Below are positions 1 through 12,733 of a stretch of 64,000 nucleotides of DNA, piece by piece. The position numbers and the translations under genes were made by a program. Below the pieces are notes generated by a model that worked only from the letters and a program-made list of their open reading frames with translations, was not told the origin of the DNA and did no database searches. Numbering within the stretch: position 1 is the first letter of the stretch; each line of letters starts with the position of its first letter. The stretch is taken from assembly GCA_964188305.1 (NCBI GenBank), contig OZ076889.1, one strand, 5' to 3'. Source of the stretch: Podarcis bocagei. Its lineage: Eukaryota.

Positions 1-203
1 ATACAATAATTAGCTATCATAAGAGATACTTGGCAAGTCTTACTGTAAAATCAGGGTATTCAAAATAATGATTGATGCTGTTCCTGGCAAACAGCTGTCA
101 TAAACCTGTTGATTTTTATTCCATTGTTGTTCCCATTTGTGGAGCAAGAGGAGATTACTATAACAGCTTGTGCTACATTGCAGTTGGATTATTAACAACA
201 ATA

Positions 204-422
204 CAGTGGTACCTTCAGTTGCAGACAGGATCCGTTCCAGAGCTCTGGTCTGATCCTGAGGTTTTCACAACTGGAGGTGTCTGTTCTGTGCATGAGTGTG
301 GCGCAGTAGAGCGCTTCTGCACATGCGTGTGTGGCAAAAACTGGAAAAATACTTCTGGGTTTGCCTCGTGCGTATTCCAAAGGATACGTAACCAGAGGTG
401 TTCATAAGTAGAGGTACCACTG
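204..422. mobile_element. Tc1/mariner (Tigger/pogo-like) MITE
   Basis: TA|CAGTGGTACCT...AGGTACCACTG|TA: terminal inverted repeats with TA duplication. Confidence 0.9.
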
Positions 423-1101
423 TACTGTTATTATTTTTTACAATTTCTTAGGTGAGGCCTTCTAAAAACAACCTTGAGGCAATTTGCAATATAAAATACA
501 AGCAATATAAAAATATAAAATAATTAAAACAGAGACCACAGCAACCAACTAGTTGATATAAATTCTGAAAAGTCAAATGCCCAGCAGAATGTAACAATAT
601 TAACAATCATATGCCTGGGTGAAGAGGAAACTTCCTAGCACCAGGCAGACCTTGATGGGTAGAGCAGTCTGTAAACATTCTATTAACACTGAAATTTTCT
701 TTTGTCTGAACTTCTCTTATGGAGGGTACATGGATGAGGTTCTTGGAAGATGACCTCAGGGTTCCTTCTGGTATGCCTCTTTCAGAAGAGGCACAACTCT
801 TTGAGGTTATGCTTCTTTCCATTGCATGCCTAGCCCACTGTGTAAGGAATATGATTACTATTATTATTAATTACCAGCCTAGTAATTAAAGCACAGTATT
901 AAAAAAACTTTAATCCCCCAGTTGTAGTGTATTCTCAACTGCATGTGAATCAGAAGTTATGCTATGTGGATCACATGAGAAAATGAAGGTGTACTGGTAC
1001 AGTATGTCCTCTACATCTTGCCCCAAGAGCTCAGGATCTAATAGGGGATTTCTCAAAAATTTCGAGTATATGATGAGGCTGTCTCAATTTTCTTTCCACA
1101 G

Positions 1102-1176
1102 GACTCATACACGATGCCCCTGACCTCCATCCAGTGCTGGCACGTGCACTGCGAGGAATGCTGGCTGCGGACTCTG
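1102..1176 (+). CDS. RNF220: RING finger protein 220, penultimate coding exon (RING domain)
   Basis: tttccacag|GAC...CTG|gtgagg; 75 nt, phase 0/0; encodes DSYTMPLTSIQCWHVHCEECWLRTL, recognised as the RNF220 C-terminal RING. Confidence 0.96.
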
Positions 1177-3434
1177 GTGAGGCTATTAGTTTCTTGGCTG
1201 GTGATTCATACATTGTTTCTTTTCCTCAAGTATTTTCCCATCGCTCTCAGCCTTTTGGCTAAGATCAAGTGTAGTATTTTCCCTAGTTCAAGTTACAGTT
1301 GGATTGGAGTCTTTTCCAGGGATTCAGTGAATTTAATTTAGGGTGTATGGATTCTCCCACCTCCTTCTCTAACACTAGTGGCAGGATCATACACCTTCTT
1401 GTTAACTTTGTTGCATGTGATTTGGTTGGAAAGGAGCTCGGCCTCATTTCCAACATCACAAGTTGGATGACGTGAAGGGCAATGAGCTCTGCACATTGGG
1501 CAGTATCCCCTTGAGACTCTAGGCGACTGGTTTTCACTTTGCACCCATGCTTCACCTACCCATCCCTATAGCCTCTCTCAGCCCTTTTGAAGAAGATGCA
1601 AGAAACTGCACCACTGAGTGTTGAGTATTTAGGTCATGTACTAGAAAGAAAGCATGCTCCAGGAGTTTGACTAAATAACTATGGAGGTGCAGGATTCAGA
1701 GGAGATTGCAGACAGTCGTGGAATGGTAGGGAGAGGCATGTTGACTCCATGGGCCTGTGTTTGTGTGAGTGAGAGTGCATATAAAAGAGAATTTTTAGGT
1801 ATGTGTGTGGCATGCATGCATGTGCAAGTAATAGGAAATGAGTTTCTTCCTTTCAGATTTTCAAGAAAGGTGCCAAAAGATTTTGTAGTGCACAAATAGC
1901 TCAAACACATATTTGCAGATCTCCAAGAATTTAATGAGGAGAGAGTGACTATTTGCAAGTTGCAGAGATGCACATCTTTGGGATACTCCTGTACATGCAT
2001 CTCAAAGATGCACGTATAGGGGACAATAACCAGAAGCAGACCTGCAAAGAATCCATTAACACTACAGAGAATCCAGTAACCCTGCAGCCCTATTACACGT
2101 TTCTGAATGAAACGCAGCATAATCGTAACTTTTTCAACCAAGTAACCATTGAAGTCGTCATCTTTTTTTAGAAAAAGCATAGAAGATTGGGCCCAAATAG
2201 AGAAACATAATGCTAAAAAGACAAAAACCCAAAAACTAGTGCAAAGCAGTAGTTACTAAAAGATCCATTCAGCCTTCAACTCTTCCTTGGTGAGGAATGT
2301 CTATGAAGACAGATCTGATCTCTAGGCATGAAGCTCTAAAACAGAGGTTACACACACATTTTGCTATGTTGCCCTGGGAACCTGTTGTAGGGCAGAATAT
2401 AAAGTATTTATATAAAATAAAAGAACACAGATCAGTTTTTGTGTAAACATAAGATCAGAACAAGAAGTAGCATACAGTATTAAACATATATTTCAAACAA
2501 GTGATCTCTCTTTAAGACAGAAATATTTTAAAAGCAAAAACTGTGCTACAGCATTTACCCCCTACAGAATCTGCCATCTGTGGCTGTGTTTAAAAACTGC
2601 TAGCCATATTGTAAAAGTATAATGTCTCATACACATTTCTATCACACTATTATGACACATGCAGGCTCCCCACCCACCCCGGCATTCATTGTAAAACCAA
2701 TAGGATTAACAGGCAGATGCCCTCAGTGCCACTTTCACAGACTCGGGGACACCCCATATTCCTGACAGAAGCCTGGATATGTATTTTGCCACCCAACACC
2801 TTTCTGTAATGTTAACTTGGATGGTAAGCTTGGATGGGCTTGGATGGTAAGGTGTCATCAGTTAAATATAGTAGGGGGACCTGGTCTGAGGAACAAATAT
2901 GCTTCCCTAAAGAGCCCCTCAAGCTGCAGTTTGGCACTGAACATTTGCTGTTCTAAAAGCACATCGAAAATAGTAAAAAATAAAATTTATTTGAGATGCA
3001 CACAGAATATTACAGCTTCTTCAAGTAACTTTCAGCAGGGTCATTGCATACAAAACCCAAACAGAGTTGTAAGCTTTGGGGTGGAATGCATCTCTTACTG
3101 TCTCACTTTTGGAAAAAACTTAACTGTCTTTGAAAGTGAAACTGGAGGGAATGTTTTATTACACCTTGATTTAGAAGTTGCTAGGGCTACTGGGACCCAG
3201 ATGCAGTTAATGGACAGGATTCGGCTTGTGGGCTACCAACTGACTATCCTTGATCTTATTAGTTGACAACAGTTGCTTTCTGAAACTAGTTGTTCAACAG
3301 TTTTGTTCCTTTTGTTTAGCAAAGCAAATTTGCGTGCATACCACTTAAATTAGATGGAACTTGGTGGCCTTACTGCTGCCGCCTTCCCCATCCCAAAGTT
3401 TCAGTCCCAGTGCCTTTTTGTTGTTGTTCATAAG

Positions 3435-3795
3435 ATATGGCTCCCAGTACTTTTCCAAGCACAATTCAAACTGTTGGTGCTGAACAGCCCTAAATGCCCT
3501 CAGCCCAGTATACCTGAAGGAGCGTCTCCACCCCCATCCTTCAGCCCAGACCCTGCGATCCAGCACTGAGGGCCTTCTCGTAGTGGCGCCCACCCTGCGG
3601 AATGCCCTCCCATCAGATGTTAAGGAGATGAGTAATTATATAACATTTAGGAAACATCTGAAAGCAGCCCTGTATAGGGAAGCTTTTTAAGGTTTAATGT
3701 TTTATTATGTTTTTATATATGCTGGAAGCCAGCCAGAGTGGCTGGGGCAGTCCAGTCAGATGGGTGGTGTACAAATTATTATTATTATTTAATTA
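3435..3795 (+). mobile_element. L2-clade LINE 3' fragment
   Basis: Matches the reverse complement of the 3' part of the 8063-9695 element and ends in a (TTA)n tail. Confidence 0.8.
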
Positions 3796-5582
3796 ATTAA
3801 TTACTTCTACTACTACAAATAATTCTTGAAGCAAGTATTAAAATGCTTGCCTCTCTTTCCAAGGGAAGGTAAAAGGATCACTAAAACTCCAGAGGCAAGG
3901 CTAGAGCATGTACCTAACCCCTGGGCAATATCCATACATTACTGTTCCTGTATATTCCCTTTGTGTGTATCTTGAATGAGACACAGGTAGGCCCACCTGT
4001 ATCTTCTTTCTTTCTGTTTGAGTGCCATGCAAAGCAGTCCTGCTGTTGTTTTTTTACTGCAACAACTATATTTGCAAAAGGGAACAGTGCTGAAAATTGG
4101 GATAGCATTGATGGGAGGAACCCGTTCCGAGTGGTGCCCCAACACAGCCTGTGCATGTTCCCTGCACTGACCAAGCACAACGTTCAGAGTTGGGAATTGT
4201 GCAGGGGATGTAATTAATAAGCAGCCGCTCATCTGTTCCCCAGCCCTCGCCTTTTCCCTACAGCCCGCAATTTATTAAAGCGGGGCCTTTTGCGAGGCAG
4301 GCTCTCACTAAAAAACCTCTCAGCCTATGTTCGCATGTTTCTAATGTAACCATTAAAACGTAGCCCGAAGACAGCAATAAAAACCCTGGAACGCCTTAGT
4401 GCTTTTGTGTCTTGATCAAAGTCAATGTGTGTAATCTCGTTAAGGCTGCCCTTCCCTCCTCCTCCTCTTTATGAATTTAATGGCACGCGGCAGCTGGGCT
4501 GGGTGTTTCATACTCTCTGACCTGCATTGTTCTAATTAAGGTATCTCCTTTTATTTTGGGCACAAAAGAGACGCTTGTGTGTGCCTACTGTGTATGTGTG
4601 GGTTTTTAGAGTAGCAAGGAACCTTGGCGTAATGGATTTAATAATTGCCACAAGTTACCTTTCTTTGGATGCAAAGCTGGCTTTCTTCCCTCTTGGTGAG
4701 GAGAGTGCCGCAAGTCCTCTGTGTGCAGCACACATGGAAAAATGTGCTCCGTAAAGAGGGCAGCATATTTCTCATGTTGTGCAATAAACAATTTGTTGCA
4801 GTTAATGGGAGTTATGGGGCGAGGCTGGCTTGCTGGGCTTCCTGACATGTTTGAACATTTCTGGAGATCTGCCATTCTTCCCCCCGTTAGGGAAAAAGTC
4901 AAGCTTTTCCTTCTGTGTCTGTGTTTTATATGACCAGATTCAATGTTTGCTTGGACTACTTTGTACTGCGGACTAAGTAAGGAAACTGGAAACAAAGTGG
5001 GCATGAAATTCTAAAATTTACATAGGGATGAACATATTTCTCTGCCTGAGCCAAAGCATTCTTTATTCACTAACACAGGAATCACTGAAGAGCTGATCTG
5101 CAATATTTCCCTTCATTTTTGACTGGCCTCCCAGAAATGACTGTCACGTTCTTCGCTCTGGGTGACAGTTTTACCTGCTAATCATTAATATGTCATTTTC
5201 AGTGCATTAAGTTATTTTCCATCCTTATCCTTTTCATCTCCCCAAGAACAACCATGTTTAGCTGCTTTCCCATTTCCCATCTGGGAACTATAGCAGTAAC
5301 AGCCCTGATATTGGAAATACAGTTGCTCCATTTGTTGAAAGGAAACAGAGTTTTAAAAGGCAGTGGGAATAAAAGACTACCCACAGCGATGAGAGATTTG
5401 GACCCAATTTAATCCTGTCTTCTGGTCAGCTGGAGCAACTGCTTCCAAAGTAAGAAAACAGTGCCGTCTGGGACATAGAGAGTTATTAGGGTGAGGAAGC
5501 TGAAGCGGGAGAAAAGGATGTTTTCTTTGCTTCTTCCTCTCCATGTATAAAATTAAGTTTGTAGCAGAAATGCTTGTTTGCC

Positions 5583-5782
5583 NNNNNNNNNNNNNNNNNN
5601 NNNNNNNNNNNNNNNNNNNNNNNNNNNNNNNNNNNNNNNNNNNNNNNNNNNNNNNNNNNNNNNNNNNNNNNNNNNNNNNNNNNNNNNNNNNNNNNNNNNN
5701 NNNNNNNNNNNNNNNNNNNNNNNNNNNNNNNNNNNNNNNNNNNNNNNNNNNNNNNNNNNNNNNNNNNNNNNNNNNNNNNNNN
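5583..5782. other. Assembly gap (200 N)
   Basis: Run of 200 N inside the last RNF220 intron; true size unknown. Confidence 0.99.
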
Positions 5783-8062
5783 GGCTTGGGTGAACGGCAT
5801 AGCTCAGGTGTTAGGATCATGATTATGCTTCTTGCCCCTCCAGAATCTTGTGGTCTTGGTCCTCTCCCTCCTTTGGTATGTGTTCCTCTTTTTCCCCATC
5901 CATAACATGGTGAGTGCATAGTTCTCTTAGGCAAGGCATTGATGAGCTTGTAACCTTTGAGTGAAATTTGTTCTCTCTAATCTCTTCAATGGCAAAGCTC
6001 CCGCCTCTTTTGCAGATCAGGCAAAGGAATTATCGTGCACTGCAAATGTTCAGTTTTCCAGGTTTTGAAGAAAATTCTCCACCATGTTCTCAAAGCACTG
6101 TTCCTTCCTGACATAGTGTGAGATATAATGACTTTGCAAAGTGGGTAGTACTCATTATTTTTCAAAACTCCCCAAAGTGATTAGCCTGCATTCTAGATCA
6201 ATCACTTGCCAAAATTTAATTAAGAATGCGTGGGGGCAAATAAAACCCTTCTCTTCATCATTCCTTTTTGGTGCCATGTTTCAGCCCCGGAGCTACGTTT
6301 TGCAGCCGGGTTTTATAAACCCTGGAAAACTGGGGTTTATAACGGAAAAGCTGAGGTGGCCTTCAGTGCAGCATACACTGCTGTTACCCATCAAGGCTTT
6401 TCCATGGGGCCACGATGAAAGGAGCAGGAGGACATTTCAGATATTTTTTTTCCATGTTCAACAGGTGTGGCTTATTATTCCACAGTATTTTTATTTCAAG
6501 GGAAAAGTTTAGTAACCCCAGCTGGCAGGTGAGCAGGATGGGGTTGGGGGAAGGAAGTCCTTTTTCACTGGCTCCATGCCAGGGCATGTGTGAGAGGCTT
6601 GTTTAATTGCTTCTGTAACGAGTACTATATGCAGGGTTGAGAAATGTTTAAATAGAAGAGTGAGCCTGTGAGTGCCTTAAACTTCTGTTGCGCATAGCCC
6701 ACATCCCTGGATGTAATCAGCAGGCCTTGTAGCTTGCCATTCAAAATGCAGTTTCTCTGTGTGACTGGGGTGGGTGGGCTGGGGCGAGATCTGTTCTTGG
6801 AATAAATTGTTCATGTTAAGCTTCCTCAGAGTAAGTCCGCAACCTTTGTCTTGCTTACCTTTTTGTGTGCAAAATACCCTTATAACTCATATTTCATTTA
6901 CCCTCATAGCATCTGCTGTTATAAACTAGGCTGCATCATCCACAAAAAATTGAGACAAGTTTCCAGTACCGGAAGCTAATATTCTGGGTACTGCTTTTGG
7001 TTCAGTTGGGTTACATTTTGTTGCATAATCATGATTGGTATCTAGGTAACATGAAATATGGGTTGGGGCTCATAAGACATGGTAGAGGTAAGAGGGGTGG
7101 GAGTGGTTCTGAGAGAGCCATTAAGTTCAGCTACTGAAGCCTGTAGCATAAACTTGATGTTTTCATGTTCTCTGCAGCCATGATGGCTACCTACTTGGGA
7201 GCGAGCACTGATTTCAGCATAGTGGTTTACTAGACCTGTTGCTGATCAAGGAGGCATGGGGCAACTAGCACAGGGGAATCTAGCTGCAGGCACAGATTTG
7301 GCAGGGTCTTTCCTCCCTCCTCTAGCAACAACTGTATATGCCTCTACTTTGTGTATATTGACGTACTAAGGCAGATGGGGTGAAGTAATATAGAACTTGT
7401 TTTTAAAATCTTGGGATTGCTTATCAAAGGATTTTGCTCAGATTGTTTTACAATTTTAACTACCTTTGGATACTAATCTTTTAAATCCTGGTAGCTTCAT
7501 CACTTAATTATACAGTTCTCAGAGTCTACCTCTTGCATATCTTCTCCATTTAATTAAATATTTATAAGTGACACTTTTGTGAAAATACAACAAAGTAGTG
7601 TACACCATTCAAAAATTACAGCCTGTGATTCCAGAGCTACATGGTGCATTCACAACCACAAAAGGGAGGTTGGATTGCAGACAGAGGATGAACTGATCAT
7701 TTTTCTAAAGTTAGGTGCTAATATTTGATTCCCTCTCATTGCACTTCTTAGCTGATGTCCTAGGCTGCATTTGCTTTCAAAAAAGACACATACAGTGTTG
7801 CCTGTTGCTCTTCTCATCTGCTGTCCGTCACACCTGCCAAATCAGATGATGACTGGCATATCTTGACCCATATTCAGAGACTAAAGTTAACACCCCGACC
7901 TGTTAGGTTAATTGATAAATTGTGTCAGCCATTGTTTTGCTTCATTCAGTTTTCAACTTCCTTTTTCCTTGCCCAGGTTTCAGTTTCCCTTAGTGGTGCA
8001 GATGAATTCTTTATGTCTGTTCAAATGGAAGATGAGTTTTCTGTCTTTGGTTATTGAAGGGA

Positions 8063-9695
8063 TTAATAATAATAATAATTTATACCCACCCATCTGGGAG
8101 GCTTCCAACAAAATATTAAAATACAGTGGTCTGTTAAACATCAAAAGCTTCCCTAAACAGGACTGCCTTCAGATCTCGTCTAAAAGTCTGGTAGTTGGTC
8201 TTCTCTTTGACATCTGGTGGGAGGGCGTTCCACAGGGTGGGTGCCACTACTGAGAAGGCCCTCTGCCTGGTTCCCTTTAACTTGGCTTCTTGCAGTGAGG
8301 GAACTGCCAGAAGGCCCTCGGCGCTGGACCTTAGTGTCTAGGTAGAAGGATGGGGGTGGAGATGCTCCTTCAGGTATACATACTGGACCAAGGCTGTTTA
8401 GGGCTTTAAAGGTCAGCACCAACACTTTGAATTGTGCTCAGAAACGTACTGGGAGCCAATGTAGGTCTTTCAAGACCGGTGTTATGTTGTCTCAGCGGCC
8501 GCTCCCAGTCACCAGTCTGGCTGCCACATTCTGGATTAGTTGTAGTTTCCAGGTCACCTTCAAAGGTAGCCCCACATAGAGCGCATTGCAGTAATACAAG
8601 CGAGAGATAACTAGAGCATGCACCACTCTGGCAAGACAGTCCGCAGGTAGATAGGGTCTCAGCCTGCGTACCAGATGGAGCTGGTAAACAGCTGCCCTGG
8701 ACACAGATTTGACCTGTGCCTCCATGGACAGCTGTGAGTCCAAAGCGACTCCCAGGCTGCGCACCTGGTCCTTCAGGGGCACAGTTACCCCATTTAGGAC
8801 CAGGGAGTCCTCCACACCCCCCCGCCTCCTGTCCCCCAAAAACAGTGCTTCTGTCTTGTCAGGATTCAACCTCAATCTGTTAGCCGCCATCCATCCTCCA
8901 ACCGCCTCCAGACCATCACTGGTTCCGATTTGAAAGAGAGGTAGAGCTGGGTGTCATCCACATATTGATGAACACCCAGCCCAAACCCCCTGATTATCTC
9001 TCCCAGTGGCTGCATGTAGATGTTGAAAAGCATGGGGGAAGAGGCCAGAACCCTGAGGCACCCCACAAGTGAGAGCCCAGAGGTCTGAACACTCATCTCC
9101 CACACCACTTTCTGAACGCGGCCCAGGAGGAAGGAGCGGAACCACTGTATAACAGTGCCCCCAGCTCCCAGCCCCTCTAGACGATTCAGAAGGATGTTAT
9201 GGTTGATGGTGTCAAAAGCCGCTGAGAGATCCAGCAGAACTAGGAAACAGCTCTCACCTTTGTCCCTAGCCCGCCGGAGATCATTGACCAGTGCAACCAA
9301 GGCAGTTTCAGTCCCATGGTGAGGCCTGAATCCTGACTGGAAGGGATCCAAATGGTCCGCTTCTTCCAGGCATGCCTGGAGTTGTTCAGCAACCACTCGC
9401 TCAATCAGCTTGCCCAAGAATGGAAGATTTGAGACTGGGCGATAATTGACCATCGTGGCTGCATCTAAAGATGGTTTTTTAAGAAGCGGTTCAATGACCG
9501 CCTCTTTCAGCAGGTCTGGGAAGGCTCCCTCACAGAGAGAAGCATTCACCACCCCACGAAGCCCATTGTCCAGCCCTTCCTGGCTAGCTTTTATAAGCCA
9601 GGATAGGCAAGGATCAAGGAGACAGGTGGTTGGTTTCACTCTTCCAAGCAGCCTGTCCACATCCTCGGAGGTAACTGATTGGAATTGATCCCAAT
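8063..9695 (-). mobile_element. L2-clade LINE, 5'-truncated, frameshifted RT
   Basis: ORFs 8872-9660 and 8492-8890 carry YRPVSNLPFLGK, QSGFRPHHGTETAL, LLDLSAAFDT, YVDDTQLY and NRLRLNPDKTE motifs; (ATT)n tail at 8063-8079. Confidence 0.92.
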
Positions 9696-10353
9696 AAGGT
9701 TCTCAGAGGCTGTAGTCAGACTATGCGTATTCAGCAATCACAGAACTGACTTTGTGTGACTTCATTTTGGAGCTCCTTCTTTCTAGCACCTTTCAAGTTT
9801 CCAGCATTCGGTGTTGCAAGATGAATCATACCTGGGCAGCAAAAACGCCTCTACTGCTCAAGCATTTTCCTCCATCTCCTCTATCAACCTGGTTCTTGCC
9901 AAAATATTTTGAACACACATTTAATTTCATAGATGTGCCATTGTTTTTCCCATGTTCGTGCTTTCTGCTCTGCCTGTTGGGAACAGCTTTACTCTGAAGC
10001 CGTCAAAGTGTGAGGGATAGCCTTGAGGGCCCAGTGCCAGAACAAGTAATGTGAGAAGTGGCCCATGGAGTCAGTTTGAAAATGGAAGCAAAAAGACGAT
10101 GGTAGCAAATAAACTATGCATCAGGTCCTTCATTTCTCTTCTGGTCTGCTACCAGCTACCATTAGTAGCAGCTTTATGTGAGGAAAGAGAGTCTGCCTCT
10201 TCCCTAGATTGAAGTCTAATTCACATAGTCTGCTTCCTGCAATTATGGGAAATAATGTGTAACTTCTGACTGCTTCCCTTTCTTACTCTATAATGATGTG
10301 TTTGAGGTAGGGTTCTTTCTCTTTCTAACTTTCTCCCTCTTTATCTCTCACAG

Positions 10354-10425
10354 GGTGCCAAGAAGCTGTGCCCTCAGTGCAATACCATCACCTCTCCAGG
10401 GGACCTCAGGCGTATCTACTTATGA
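10354..10425 (+). CDS. RNF220: RING finger protein 220, last coding exon
   Basis: Strong polypyrimidine tract + cag|; encodes GAKKLCPQCNTITSPGDLRRIYL*, which completes the RING in phase with the 1102-1176 exon. Confidence 0.96.
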   Translation, partial: GAKKLCPQCNTITSPGDLRRIYL

Positions 10426-11200
10426 AGGACATGGCTGCTCAGACCAGGGATTTGGGGGAAAGAAATGGCAGCAACAATGAAAGACATTTGAAAACAAAAC
10501 CTAGAGACTCCAAATGTGTACTAGAGGCTGAGGGAGCAGCGCAATGCCTCTGCTTCCAAACCTGTCACTGGTGCCGCCAACTCCACGGGAAGGCCAAACC
10601 AGAATCCTTATTGTGAATCCCCGCCTTTTTTTACAGACTGATGTTCCACACCTGTCCTATTTCTTCAAGAGTGAGGTTCCATCTTGGACGACTTTCAAGC
10701 CTTTCCAAGGGAGTGTCTTGACAAGCCAACCTGGCCCAACCCCACATGCCAACTCAAGTAGGGACTGGATCTTCCACAGCAGGAACTGTCATAACCTGTC
10801 ACTTGTGTTCTCTCCCCTCCCCTTTTTTGTGGTGTTCTAGTGTTTTTTTAGAAGTCAGAGAGAAAGAGAGAGCCTACACTTGCAAACCCACAAAGGCAGA
10901 ATGAAGCACATGTAATATAGACTATATGTTTACAATGTTGTGTATAAATGGGATAGACTCCAACATTACATACTAATATGTTTCCCTTTTATTTTTTCCT
11001 TTGTTCTTGGGTTGTACTTTTTTTAAAAAAAGAGAAAAAAATAAGCAGAGAACATTAAACCCATATTTTTCTTGGTTCTACAAAGTTTTGGCATTAAAGT
11101 CATTAGTTTAAAAGAAATATAAATATATATATTATACATATATATAATATAAATGGTTTAATGTTCTGTGGTGTATATTTCCTCATTCAGATATGACGTT
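10426..11200 (+). other. RNF220: RNF220 3'UTR (3' end approximate)
   Basis: Follows the stop codon; AU-rich, with an ATTAAA hexamer near 11093. The cleavage site cannot be determined from sequence. Confidence 0.5.
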
Positions 11201-12596
11201 AACAGCTTCTAGTAACAGCTGTAGTTTTTGCCCGTAACACAACTTCTGGGGGAAGTAGGGGAAAGTAGCTAATGGGCTCTTTTTATCAAATCTTTATCAC
11301 ACTGAAACAGTTTTAATTTTTCACTGAGGGGGAAAGCAAGAAACTTGCAGATCAGGCTTACAATGCTTTACCCCATTGCCAGCTGGGAAAAGGACAGAAG
11401 TTTACATGAATACAGAGGAGCAAAAAATAGGTTGGCAGTGGTGGTTATCAGAATTCAGGGCTGTAAGTTTATCTCTTAAAAGCTGAAGTCTTAGTTCAAG
11501 CATATTGTATTCACCTGCCTCTGCGCCTGCTCTGTAGCCCTTCCTGTGATGCAAGAGTAAATGCAAAAACAGCTGAAAAACTAGCCATCCAGTATCTGAG
11601 CGGGGGGGGGGGGCACAGGAAGTACTCTGGCACTTCCTCCATTCTACTTCCTCATGAAAGATGATGTGTTTCACTAGTTAGGCAGGTTCTGTATCACTCT
11701 GGCATACTGTTTTGCCATGCCCAGCCACTGCCAGTCTGCCTTGCTCTGAAATGCTTTTCCATGCAGGTGCAGCATGATGTCCTAATTTTTCAGAGGTTCA
11801 GGTCCAGTAATACATCAGGTTCCAGTTTTGAAAAGAAAAGAAAGTGGGGTATGTGTTGGCTTTTTGTGACACTGGTTTCGTTTCCTCCTGTTATCTCTCC
11901 TACTTGTACTGTGGCAATAGTGGAACTCAACCCAGGCAGGTCCACACAAGGTTGGATTCAGTTACTCCCTCTTCGCCTGTTTCTGCAGCGTTCCTGACAT
12001 CAACCTTTTACTCAGACCCCTGTTCTGCATTTGAAAATATCTCCAGCTGTGGCTCACGTATATTCTGCTTACTACCTGCCTTAATCAGAAACAAGCAACT
12101 GACATTTTTAAATACATAGCCAAACAAGCCGCCTGCATTCCACCCGAGGGAAATTTTACAGGGTTGCCGGAAGCTTGAAAGGGGAAGCAAGCACTTTGCT
12201 TGGCAATAATTTGGGTAGGCAAATGTCCCTGTCATGAATCACCTTTTAAACTGAGGCAGACTGCTGCTCTGGGATATCCTGCAAGGTATTTTGTTCTTTT
12301 TCTCTAATCTGTGACTTAAGCACTAGAAAGTCATGGTTGCACTAAAACATCTGGCTATCGTCAGTCATTCTGTTGTCAAAAGGATTGGTTTTATATGAAT
12401 GAGACTTCTACCACAAGAGAGTTGTATTTTGCAGTACAGGATTCCATATTCCTGTTGCAATTTGGCTGATAATGTGCTACTGCTGTCTACTGAATGCAAG
12501 CTGGAAATGGCTATTATCAGCAGGGTCTTGCTGTTTGACTTCACCCTGTTCAACACACACTATTGTCTAGTAGGAAATAGTTTCATACCCTTAGAG

Positions 12597-12733
12597 CAGG
12601 TGCAGCCAACATGATGCCCTCCAGATATTGGGACTACAACTCCAAATATCCCTAACCATTGGCCATGTTGGCTGGGGCTGATGTGAGTTGGCAGTCCCCT
12701 AGCAGCTGGCAGGCACCATAGTGGCTACGACCG
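12597..12733. mobile_element. Degenerate hAT-type MITE related to the 136-bp family
   Basis: Shares the ccctccagat..gggactacaactcc core with 14841-14976; ends decayed. Confidence 0.6.

Noticed and set aside
5377-5934. ORFs spanning the N run
   Set aside because: Artefacts of translating through the assembly gap.
8492-9660. Domesticated or active reverse transcriptase gene
   Set aside because: 5'-truncated and frameshifted, with YADD changed to YVDD; an ordinary dead L2 copy.
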